DNA of 64,000 bases, taken from NCBI GenBank assembly GCA_945889325.1, contig CAMDBH010000008.1:10118-74117 (forward strand), written 5' to 3'. Positions within the stretch are counted from its first letter, which is position 1. Each line of letters opens with the position of its first letter. The stretch is from Klebsiella pneumoniae (GTDB lineage: Bacteria > Myxococcota_A > UBA9042). The notes under the pieces are model-generated. The model was not told the origin of the DNA, ran no database searches, and worked only from the letters and a program-made list of their open reading frames with translations. Position numbers and translations under genes: made by a program. Positions 28,987 to 36,818 of this stretch are shown here, one piece after another.

Positions 28987-29622
28987 TTGTGGGCGACGAT
29001 CGGCCAAACACGCGCGGCCAGCCATCGCGCCGAGGTGACTCTGATTCGCAATCTTTCGCTGATTATTTTGTTGTTGAGTTTGCCCTATTCGGCATTCGCG
29101 CTGGATTACGACCGCAATGAGGTCGTCAGTCGCGAGCTGGCTTTGGGCGGCATGATGGCGCCGTTTGACATCGACCCGCGCCCGCCGGTGGCTTGCCCCT
29201 ACGACAAGCGTTTGGTCTGCGAATCGTACAACTCCAAACCGGTCGGCTTCTTCATCCGCGGTAGCGCACGTCGGCACCGCCGGAATTTCTACGTAGGGGC
29301 CGAAGCGCAACTTGGCCTCACTTTGCCTTTGGACAGCTTTGGCCCGCACCCGTGGGTGGGTGTCGGCGGCGCCGTCGGCGTGGAAACCGCCGACAATGGC
29401 TGGGCGCGAGTCCGCGGATACTCCGAGCTCGGCGTTGGCATCTATTTTGCTAATAGTTCCATCACAGACATGCTCAATTTCTTTTTTGAGGTCGGTGGGC
29501 GCTACCAACTCCGCGTTTTTGATCGGCCGCACTTTTTGCTGCACCTCGGTATTCGCGGGATGACCAGCTTTAGCGAACTAGGGCTGCAGGTTGCCGCCGG
29601 GGTCGGTTGGACTTTTGACTGA
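28987..29622 (+). CDS. Small OMP-like beta-barrel protein
   Basis: The signal reads LIRNLSLIILLLSLPYSAFA, and the real start may be the GTG at 29035. The sequence has a Gly/aromatic strand pattern and ends ...AAGVGWTFD. Confidence 0.55.
   Translation: MWATIGQTRAASHRAEVTLIRNLSLIILLLSLPYSAFALDYDRNEVVSRELALGGMMAPFDIDPRPPVACPYDKRLVCESYNSKPVGFFIRGSARRHRRNFYVGAEAQLGLTLPLDSFGPHPWVGVGGAVGVETADNGWARVRGYSELGVGIYFANSSITDMLNFFFEVGGRYQLRVFDRPHFLLHLGIRGMTSFSELGLQVAAGVGWTFD
29435..29454 (+). promoter_or_regulatory. Sigma-54-type promoter-like element P3 (TTGGCATCTATTTTGCTAAT), orphan
   Basis: The GG-N10-GC spacing is correct and the -12 element is a perfect TTGCT. P3 shares 14 fixed positions with P1 (47121) and P2 (56797). 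It lies inside the 3' end of the OMP-like ORF and faces a 470-bp gene-free spacer. Confidence 0.4.
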
Positions 29623-29742
29623 GGCGATCCCGCAAAATTTTGTTCTTGCGGATGCCAGTTTTGCTGGCTGGGCTTGGTTTGAGGAGGGGCTTGTCGGTCG
29701 AAGCGTCGCGCCTAGCATTTTGTAAAGATTTTGGGTGGTTTT

Positions 29743-29766
29743 GCAGAGGTGCCCTTTTTCCGAAAC
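29743..29766 (-). repeat. A5 motif copy (reverse): GTTTCGGAAAAAGGGCACCTCTGC
   Basis: This copy directly abuts hairpin H2. Together they form the composite hairpin-CTCTGAG-TTTCGGAAAAAGGGCACCTC. Confidence 0.6.
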
Positions 29767-29797
29767 TCAGAGGTTGTGAAATATTCATTTCACAACC
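29764..29797 (-). repeat. AT-rich hairpin element H2 (GGTTGTGAAAT-loop-ATTTCACAACC plus CTCTGAG), inverted relative to H1
   Basis: The stem is a perfect 11 bp (29772-29782 pairs with 29787-29797) with a 4-nt loop. Confidence 0.7.
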
Positions 29798-30027
29798 AGC
29801 TTCGCAGGGGGCAGGTATTGCCAGTTTCTGTTCCGCAATTTCATAATCCATTGATATTATTTGATTCAGTTTTTGCCTGTGAGCACGCGGCGGGTCGATC
29901 GGCAGAAATTGACAACACCTGACCCCAATTAGAGATGCAGCATGCCGCCGCGGTCGGCACCCTCGATGGACGAAACAGCAGTGCGGCAGGCTGCATGCAG
30001 GCCGCGGATGCGGGCTGCCGCGGGGGT

Positions 30028-30054
30028 TTGGGGGCGGCGCGCCCCCAAGTTTCT
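30028..30054 (+). terminator. GC-rich hairpin TTGGGGGCG-GCG-CGCCCCCAA followed by GTTTCT
   Basis: The stem is 9 bp and is followed by a short T-rich tract on the + strand only. No annotated + strand gene ends here. Confidence 0.4.
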
Positions 30055-30063
30055 ATATAGAGC

Positions 30064-30095
30064 GGTGAAAAAGGGATTTTTCACACGCTCTCAGG
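30064..30095 (+). repeat. AT-rich hairpin element H3 (GTGAAAAA-GGGA-TTTTTCAC plus ACGCTCTCAGG), overlapping the pyrE stop
   Basis: The stem is a perfect 8 bp and the flank CTCTCAGG resembles the CTCTGAGG of H1. The stem-loop contains the A5 core GAAAAAGGGA. Confidence 0.6.
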
Positions 30096-30699
30096 CAACA
30101 GGGACCGGTTCGCCCAATTCTTTGGCGTGGGTTTGAGCCGCGGTGCGGCGGGCCATCAGTTCGCTCAAAGTGATCATCGCATGCACTTGCACGCCGTAGG
30201 CTTGAACCGCTTCACGGCCGCCCTGCTCGCGGTCCACCAGCACGATCGCGTCTTCTACTTGGAGCCCTGCCTCTCTCGCGCGCTCGATCGCGCTGATCGT
30301 CGAAGCCCCCGTGGTCAGCACGTCATCCAGTACAGCAACAGGCGTCCCTGGCGGCAATTCGCCCTCGATCCAGCGATCCAAACCATGTCCTTTTGCAACT
30401 TTGCGCACGACGAATGCCTGCATCGGCTTGGAGCGGGCGTGGCTGTGACTGGCAATTGCGCACGCAATTGGGTCTGCGCCAAGTGTAAGCCCGCCGACTG
30501 CGGTTACGCCGAGGCGTTTGGCGTGTTCGTAGCCAAGTGCGCCAATTAGATTCAGCCCTTCAGGATGCAGCGTGACGGGCTTGCAGTTGATGTAGTACGG
30601 CGACGTCTTTCCGCTCGCCAACACAAAGGGTGGATTTTCACTGTATTGAAACGATCGCAGCAATAGCAACTCGATCAAGCGGTCCTTTCGTGCATCCAT
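30091..30699 (-). CDS. pyrE: Orotate phosphoribosyltransferase
   Basis: Motifs include LASGKTSPYYINCK, FVVRKVAKGHG and the PRPP loop VAVLDDVLTTGAS. Confidence 0.9.
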   Translation of the reverse strand: MDARKDRLIELLLLRSFQYSENPPFVLASGKTSPYYINCKPVTLHPEGLNLIGALGYEHAKRLGVTAVGGLTLGADPIACAIASHSHARSKPMQAFVVRKVAKGHGLDRWIEGELPPGTPVAVLDDVLTTGASTISAIERAREAGLQVEDAIVLVDREQGGREAVQAYGVQVHAMITLSELMARRTAAQTHAKELGEPVPVA

Positions 30700-31107
30700 T
30701 GGATTCTCCTTCTCTAGGTCGATCAGCCCGTCGTCCGATCAAAGTTGTGGCGCCGGAATCGCCGAAATTTGGTGGGCACATCTTCTTTCTGTGACAATCC
30801 GTCCGCGCCGCGACACCCGCGATTTTTGTTGGCGCGACGCGCAGCAGGCCGTTCTATACGCCAATTGTGGTTGTTGTCCATAGCGTCACAAATACTGATT
30901 GCTGAACATGGTTGCGCGGCGCCCGCTCAACGCCTGACGGAGAAATCGCGCGGTACTGCGGCAACAACTTACCTCTCAGCGACGCCCGACCGAACCATTT
31001 CGTCCACGGCTTGCTGGCGATGTTAGTTTGACGCCAGTCCAGTGGGCGTGTATCGAGACGCCACTTTCGCACAACGCGACGATGCGCTTAGCGCACAATA
31101 GGCAAAA

Positions 31108-32277
31108 ATGGCCGTTTCGCTTGCCCAATTGATTGAAACTAAGCGTATTATTGTGTGTGTCGGCGCTGGTGGCGTTGGCAAGACGACGATTTCGGCCGCC
31201 CTGGGCGTGCTAGCGGCGCGCTCAGGTCGTCGCGCGCTCGTGCTAACGGTCGATCCGGCAAAAAGATTAGCCAATGCCTTGGGACTAGAAGCATTTTCTG
31301 AAAACATTCAGCGCATCGAGCCCGACGCATTCGCGGCCCAGGGCTGCGCCGTCGCGGTGCCGTTGGATGCGGCGATGTTGGACGTCAAGCGCACTTTTGA
31401 TCGCGTCGTGTCGCGCTACAGCAAGACCGCGCAAAGTCGAGATAAAATTTTGAACCATCCATTTTACCAACAAGCGTCGACCGCGTTGGCCGGTTCGCAG
31501 GAATACATGGCGATGGAACGCCTGTACGAATGCGCATCTACAGGCGATTACGACCTAATTGTGTTGGACACGCCGCCATCGGCCCATGCACTGGATTTTC
31601 TGGACGCGCCCAATCGATTGGTCGATTTGTTTGATTCCACGGCCTTTCGCCTGCTGCTCAAGCCGACCCAAAAATTGCGCAGCAATCCATTTCGCGGTGG
31701 CTCGATCGTGATGCGCGGCCTGTCGAAGTTTACTAGCGTGGAAATGTTCGGCAATCTTCTTGAATTTTTTGGGCATCTTTCTGAAACGTTTGATGGCTTT
31801 GTCCAGAGAGCCCGCGATGTACAGCGGCTTTTGCACAGCCCCGACACGACGTTTGTGTTGGTTTCCGCTTGTGATGCCACCAGTGGCGAACAGGCGGCCT
31901 ATCTGCGCGATCAACTGACCGAACAGAAATTGCAGGTCGGTGCATTGGTCCTCAATCGAGTAGCGCCGTTTCCGCCCAAGTTGAGCGATGCAGGTAGCGA
32001 ATTAGACGCTGGTTTTGCCGAGTTGCTGCAGCATATCGGCGGCGAGCTGGCGTCGGGCGACGTCGGCAAGACGGCACGCCAACTCGCCATGGCAGCTAGA
32101 CAATTGTCGAACCTGGCCCGGGCAGATGCCCGACATCTCGCGCAGGTTCGGGCGGGATTGCCGCGCGACGCGGCACTTGTGGCCGTGCCGCGCGCGAACG
32201 ACGAGCCCGACACCTTATCGCGCCTGTTTCGACTGGCAGAGCTGCTTCAGGCTGGAGGCATGGCGCAACCGAACTAG
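31108..32277 (+). CDS. ArsA/GET3-family P-loop ATPase
   Basis: Motifs include IIVCVGAGGVGKTTISAALG, LVLTVDPAKRLANALG and VLDTPPSAHALDFL. Confidence 0.8.
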   Translation: MAVSLAQLIETKRIIVCVGAGGVGKTTISAALGVLAARSGRRALVLTVDPAKRLANALGLEAFSENIQRIEPDAFAAQGCAVAVPLDAAMLDVKRTFDRVVSRYSKTAQSRDKILNHPFYQQASTALAGSQEYMAMERLYECASTGDYDLIVLDTPPSAHALDFLDAPNRLVDLFDSTAFRLLLKPTQKLRSNPFRGGSIVMRGLSKFTSVEMFGNLLEFFGHLSETFDGFVQRARDVQRLLHSPDTTFVLVSACDATSGEQAAYLRDQLTEQKLQVGALVLNRVAPFPPKLSDAGSELDAGFAELLQHIGGELASGDVGKTARQLAMAARQLSNLARADARHLAQVRAGLPRDAALVAVPRANDEPDTLSRLFRLAELLQAGGMAQPN

Positions 32278-32289
32278 ATGAATCTAGTT
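32272..32289 (+). other. AT-rich hairpin AACTAGA-TGAA-TCTAGTT spanning the ArsA-like stop codon
   Basis: The stem is a perfect 7 bp and the stop TAG (32275-32277) lies inside the left arm. Confidence 0.45.
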
Positions 32290-32447
32290 GTATTTATCTG
32301 TTTCACCCAACGTCTTGAACGTCCTCCACCGCGGTGGGACCGCGCAATAACCCGCTGGAATCAGGCTTGTCGCAAACGGATGCAGGCCATGAAAGGCCAA
32401 AACGGCCCTTTGATGTAGGACGCGCGTAGCAAAGGAAGGACCCGATC

Positions 32448-34775
32448 GTGAGTTCACGCACACTTGCCATCGCGACCGTCGCAGTTTGTGTGATGCTGGC
32501 TTCGCCGTTGCTGTGGACGCTGTCGCAACCCGGGGTCTATGTAGGCAACGGCACTGACCTTTTTTCCTATCAGATTCCGGCACGGGCGTTTGTCGCAACC
32601 TCCTTGCGCGCCGGCGAATTTCCGTTTTGGAATCCGTACGTTCTGGGAGGAGTTTCGCTCCACGCCGCAACCCAACTCGGTCTGACTTATCCGCCCAACC
32701 TTCTGGCGGCACTGTGCTTCGGCGTGCACTGCAACACTTGGTTGCTCGCGTTGCACCTGCTGTGGCTAGCGTTCGGTGCGATGGTTCTTGCCAGGGCCCA
32801 TCAAGGGCAATTGGCGAATTTTTCAAAGATTTCGCCACGCGAATGGCTGACCGCGTGTGGTGTTGCCACGGTGCTAATCGGGAGCGGGCCCTGTTGGGGT
32901 CATGTTTTCGCCGGTCATATCAGTTTTATAGCAGCATTTTCGTGGCTTCCGTTTGTTTGGGCCTTCGCGATCGATGCGCAGCTGCGGCACAAACTTGCGT
33001 CGCTTTTGGCGGCCGGAGCTGCGCTTGCCCTGCAAGTGCTGGCCGGCCATCCGCAGGTCACGTATCTGACGATTGTTGGGTTGGGATTTGCGCTGTTGGC
33101 GCACGCGGTCGGGCCGCAAGCGACTTTCGGAAAAAGGTATCCCTCAAGCAACTCGCTGATCATGATAGTCGTTGCTGCCTTCACCGGCGCAATCGCCCTA
33201 GCGCTTTCAGCCGCGCAGTGGTGGCCGACCCTGCAGGTCGCCGACACCTTCAACCGCTCATTGGCGACGCCACACGAGATTGCGACGGCCTATTCCGCAC
33301 CCGTGCAAAGTTTGTGGACGCTCCTCGCTCCGCAGATTTGGGGAGGCGTTTCGACTCCGTTAGCAGCATTTTCGTACCATGAAACAGTGGCTTATGTGCC
33401 GTCAGCGGCGCTGGCATTGGTGCTCCTCCGGTTCCCTTGGACGGGTCCGCGCGGCTGGGTTCTCGCTGCAGGAGTCGCATTTTGTCTAACGATGTCACTG
33501 GGCGATCACGGCCCGCTGCTGGAACCATTGCTAGATCTGCTGCCGGGCGCGGCGAGTTTTCGCGTGCCCGGTCGGTGGCTTTTGCCTGCCACCGGATTGC
33601 TGGCGCTCCTCGTTGCAGAAACGTCGGATGTAGATGATCTAAAACAGAAAAAACCTCGGTGGCCGACGCTCGCGCTGTGCGCTCTGGTCGCGACCTGGCT
33701 TGCAATTCAGGCAACAACTCTGGACGGCGCTCACGGTTGGTGGGCTGACGCGATTTTACCCAAACTAAAAGGTTCGAACTCCGCACAACTTTTGGCCATT
33801 ACATCCAGAAATGCACTGATGCTTGCCGCGTGTCTGGCGGCGATTGGCTGTCTAGCGGCTTGGTGGACCAAGCGAACGTGGATTTCCGGCGGTCTGGTCG
33901 CAATATCTCTGTTGCAAGGCGTATGGTTTGGCGCCCAACATGTCGGAGCTGAGCGGCAAATGCCGTCGGAGAACCTGCAATGGCAACCGGATGAGGTGGC
34001 GGCTCTGCAAAAGCTGGTCGACGATCAGCATCGCCTAGCGACCGCGCCGGCTTTGCGGATGACAAATTGGGCAGGGCAGTATCGATTGCGGGCGGCAGGC
34101 GGTTACGAACCCGTTGTCAGCGTTGACACCAATCGATACGCAAACTTACTTGCCGGTCGTGCGACCGACGGGTACGCAGTGATGTTCCAGATTCGCCGAC
34201 CATCACCCTGGCTCGACCGCATGGCCGTCGGTGCGTTGTTGTTGGACGGCTCTGACCGATCTTCGGCGCAAGCTTTTTCTACATGGCCGCAAATACAAAG
34301 CTTTGCTTCGGGGCGGGTGCTACGGCAGAACCCTCACCCGCTGCCACGTTTGGCTTGGGCAGGTCGCCTCGACGTGCAAAAGGACAATAAGCTTGCCGTG
34401 GAAGCGATCAAAATTGCGCCCGTGGACGTTTCCATCTTGTCTCGGCCCCTGACGCATGTTCAAGGTGCTGGCCTTTCTATCGAGGTCACTGGTGACCATG
34501 CGACAGAATTGCATGTAAAAGCTGCCGCTTCCGCGCCTTGCGTCTTGCTCGTTCGCGATGCGCTGGCGCCGGGCTGGCAGGCAACCGTAGACGGCGTCGC
34601 TGTCCAGGCAGCCGTCGCAGACGGACTGTTCCGCGCAATTTCAGTGCCATCCGGAACGCATGACGTCGTGTGGCGCTACCGAGCGCCCGGATTTGCCGGT
34701 GCCTTTGTCTTTAGTTTGCTCGCGTGGATCGCCCTTGGCGTGGCGTTGGCGATCGCGGTTAAGCGGCGAATTTGA
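32448..34775 (+). CDS. Large polytopic membrane protein, YfhO/GT-C-like (putative extracytoplasmic glycosyltransferase)
   Basis: The GTG start has GGAAGGA upstream. There are about 12 or more N-terminal TM helices, a large soluble C-terminal part and one terminal TM (FVFSLLAWIALGVALAIAV). This topology matches YfhO-like proteins. No catalytic motif was verified. Confidence 0.5.
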   Translation: MSSRTLAIATVAVCVMLASPLLWTLSQPGVYVGNGTDLFSYQIPARAFVATSLRAGEFPFWNPYVLGGVSLHAATQLGLTYPPNLLAALCFGVHCNTWLLALHLLWLAFGAMVLARAHQGQLANFSKISPREWLTACGVATVLIGSGPCWGHVFAGHISFIAAFSWLPFVWAFAIDAQLRHKLASLLAAGAALALQVLAGHPQVTYLTIVGLGFALLAHAVGPQATFGKRYPSSNSLIMIVVAAFTGAIALALSAAQWWPTLQVADTFNRSLATPHEIATAYSAPVQSLWTLLAPQIWGGVSTPLAAFSYHETVAYVPSAALALVLLRFPWTGPRGWVLAAGVAFCLTMSLGDHGPLLEPLLDLLPGAASFRVPGRWLLPATGLLALLVAETSDVDDLKQKKPRWPTLALCALVATWLAIQATTLDGAHGWWADAILPKLKGSNSAQLLAITSRNALMLAACLAAIGCLAAWWTKRTWISGGLVAISLLQGVWFGAQHVGAERQMPSENLQWQPDEVAALQKLVDDQHRLATAPALRMTNWAGQYRLRAAGGYEPVVSVDTNRYANLLAGRATDGYAVMFQIRRPSPWLDRMAVGALLLDGSDRSSAQAFSTWPQIQSFASGRVLRQNPHPLPRLAWAGRLDVQKDNKLAVEAIKIAPVDVSILSRPLTHVQGAGLSIEVTGDHATELHVKAAASAPCVLLVRDALAPGWQATVDGVAVQAAVADGLFRAISVPSGTHDVVWRYRAPGFAGAFVFSLLAWIALGVALAIAVKRRI

Positions 34776-35000
34776 CGCAGATCGCTGGTTTGGTTATACG
34801 CCCAACATGCCGCGACGCGAGACGCCCAGAGTGCTGCAGGAAATCGCCAAGAACGGCGGGCAGTTTTTGCCATGCCCGCAGCGCAAGAATCGGGTAATTG
34901 TCGACGTGCGCGTTTGCCAAAGCAATTGCCGATTCGCGCGCAAGTGTGTCGTTTTTGCCGCGTGGCAAAGGCCGATGTTCAGTATTTTCTTGGTCGACTG

Positions 35001-36728
35001 CTAGCGAACCATGAACCAAATTGGGGCGGCCTTGCAAAAACCGGCAATGCATTTGGTGCCTTGGAGCGCCGCGTTGCCTTCGGTATCCGTATAATTGTTA
35101 GTGCCATCCTGCCCGCTCCACATGTCCAACCATTGATCACTGTTGGCGTGTTGCTCCGAGATACCGTTGCCGGTGTAATAGTGAATTTGGCCCACGAGCG
35201 ACGGCCCCGTAACGACACCGGCGACATATCTGGTTAAGCCACCGACCGCGGGATTGTTGCTGACGTTGGCTCCGTTCAAGAAGGATGTAAATTCGGCGGC
35301 GGCGGCTTTGTCATAGGTCACGAAGATCGTTGCAGGTACCTTGAAACGCCACAGCGCGGTGGTCCATGCAAGCGCGGACGGCACCGCAGAAGCGCAGCTG
35401 GCGTCGAGGCTGTTGGCGCATCCGAGGTTGCCAGTTCCGCTCCACGTAACAAATCCAGGTTCAACTTTGGTGTAAACGAGCGTCCAACCGCCGCCGAGTG
35501 TGTCCATGTCACAATAAGCTTGGTACGGCGCGCCTAGTCCTGGACCGTCAGGATCGATCCAGTAGCTCCCCGATTTGGCTGCCGGCACCTTCTTTATCAG
35601 GTCCAAGCAGGAAAGCGCGGGGGTTGGTTGGGTTCCAAGTGCGCTCATGGTGATCGGAAAATACAAAGCGCCATTGCAAATATACAGCGTATTGTCCGCC
35701 TTGCTTGCATAGGCCCACCCGAAGTGCGCGCCGTCACAGGCGATTGGTGCCTTATCCGCGACGGGAAACATGAAACTGCCGATTTTGGGCGCCGTCACGG
35801 CGCCATCGGCGATTTGGGCCGAAGCTACTGCGGCGCTGCCAATTTTGCCGTTGGTCACGGCGCCGTCCGCGATAGATGCGGACGACACGGCATTTGGACC
35901 AATTTTTCCGGCAACCACGGCGCCATCGGCGAGTTTGACAGCGGAAATTGCGTTTGCAGTAATCATGTCGCCCACCACACATCCTGTGCAATCCAGCGCG
36001 CTTGCAGAATTTGCGAATGACGCTGCGCCACCCTTCTTGTCGCTCGCGGCATAATTGAAATTGACCTTGGCTAACGTCACCGCGCCGTCGGCCAACTTTT
36101 CAGTTGTCACTGCGGCGTCCGCGATTTTTGCTGTGGTCACGCTACTGTCCGTCAATTCGGCCGTGTCCACGCAACCAGAGCATTGCAGGTCGCTTGCGCT
36201 GGTCGCGGCACCACCCTTGGCGTTTGAGCCAGCGTAATTAAAGCCGACCTTGTCGGCAGTGACCGAGCCGGGAGCCAGACTTTCAGGACCGAGTGGTTTG
36301 GTAATCGCATCAGCTATTGCGGCGTGTTGTGCTTCAGACGTCGCGATCGCATAGGGCACGCTGGACACGCGTTGCCGCGGCAGCTCGGGCTCGCCGTTGA
36401 CGGAGACTCCTTCCCACAATTCCACATTCTTATTAAATAAATCGGTAGTTAGTGGGTTTTTCGCGTTGCCACCCAGCGACATCGCGAAAAGGCCGTCTTT
36501 TACATTTAGGGCGACGAACCCCTCACTCCAAACCGAATCGACGGCGCTCTCACTGGCGTACAGCGATGCGATGAGGCCATATTTGCCATCGCTTACTGGG
36601 CCGCCGGCGTTTGTGACAAGGCGTCCTTGGTGCGCGATGAGCAGCGGCGCGGCCAGCGCAGCGCTGGCACCTATGCCGACTTCAAGCCAACACAGGATCG
36701 ACACCGCATGCACAATTTTCCTCAACAT
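35001..36728 (-). CDS. Secreted fibre-like repeat protein with a fibrinogen-related (FReD-like) C-terminal domain
   Basis: The signal reads MLRKIVHAVSILCWLEVGIGASAALA. Fibre-type repeats are present (IADAAVTTEKLADGAVTLAKV, LADGAVVAGKIGPNAVSSASIADGAVTNGKIGSAAVASAQIADGAVTAPKIG). A unit of about 60 aa is duplicated (FNYAGSNAKGGAA...CSGC / FNYAASDKKGGAA...CTGC). The C-terminal signature is SCLDLIKK...SGSYWIDPDG...YQAYCDMDTLGGGWTLVY. Confidence 0.7.
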   Translation of the reverse strand: MLRKIVHAVSILCWLEVGIGASAALAAPLLIAHQGRLVTNAGGPVSDGKYGLIASLYASESAVDSVWSEGFVALNVKDGLFAMSLGGNAKNPLTTDLFNKNVELWEGVSVNGEPELPRQRVSSVPYAIATSEAQHAAIADAITKPLGPESLAPGSVTADKVGFNYAGSNAKGGAATSASDLQCSGCVDTAELTDSSVTTAKIADAAVTTEKLADGAVTLAKVNFNYAASDKKGGAASFANSASALDCTGCVVGDMITANAISAVKLADGAVVAGKIGPNAVSSASIADGAVTNGKIGSAAVASAQIADGAVTAPKIGSFMFPVADKAPIACDGAHFGWAYASKADNTLYICNGALYFPITMSALGTQPTPALSCLDLIKKVPAAKSGSYWIDPDGPGLGAPYQAYCDMDTLGGGWTLVYTKVEPGFVTWSGTGNLGCANSLDASCASAVPSALAWTTALWRFKVPATIFVTYDKAAAAEFTSFLNGANVSNNPAVGGLTRYVAGVVTGPSLVGQIHYYTGNGISEQHANSDQWLDMWSGQDGTNNYTDTEGNAALQGTKCIAGFCKAAPIWFMVR

Positions 36729-36795
36729 GATGAACTCCATAGGTGGGGAATCGCGCGCAGGTACGTAAAACGCTAAAAAACAAACAATATCAGGG

Positions 36796-36815
36796 ACTAG
36801 AAAAAGGGGTCCTGC
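36796..36815 (+). repeat. A5 motif copy: ACTAGAAAAAGGGGTCCTGC
   Basis: The copy lies immediately 3' of the CRTAC1-like gene stop (36819), in the loop of CAGGGAC...GTCCTG. Confidence 0.5.
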
Positions 36816-36818
36816 AAA

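Noticed and set aside
28678-29544. An N-terminal 289-codon extension of the M43-like gene (listed ORF 27415-29544), and the antisense 408-aa ORF 27373-28599.
   Set aside because: The extension has no coding-like features and would bury the lipoprotein signal (MPARSVLF...FFAC) in the middle of the protein. It also overlaps the divergent OMP-like gene. The antisense ORF is Arg/Gly-rich off-frame text.
29640-29846. A 68-aa + strand ORF (MPVLLAGLGL...) in the convergent spacer downstream of P3.
   Set aside because: It reads straight through two DNA-level repeat elements, the A5 motif and hairpin H2. The same peptide-like strings (CEMDISQPL / CEMNISQPL) appear at the other hairpin copy in non-coding context. 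No RBS is present.
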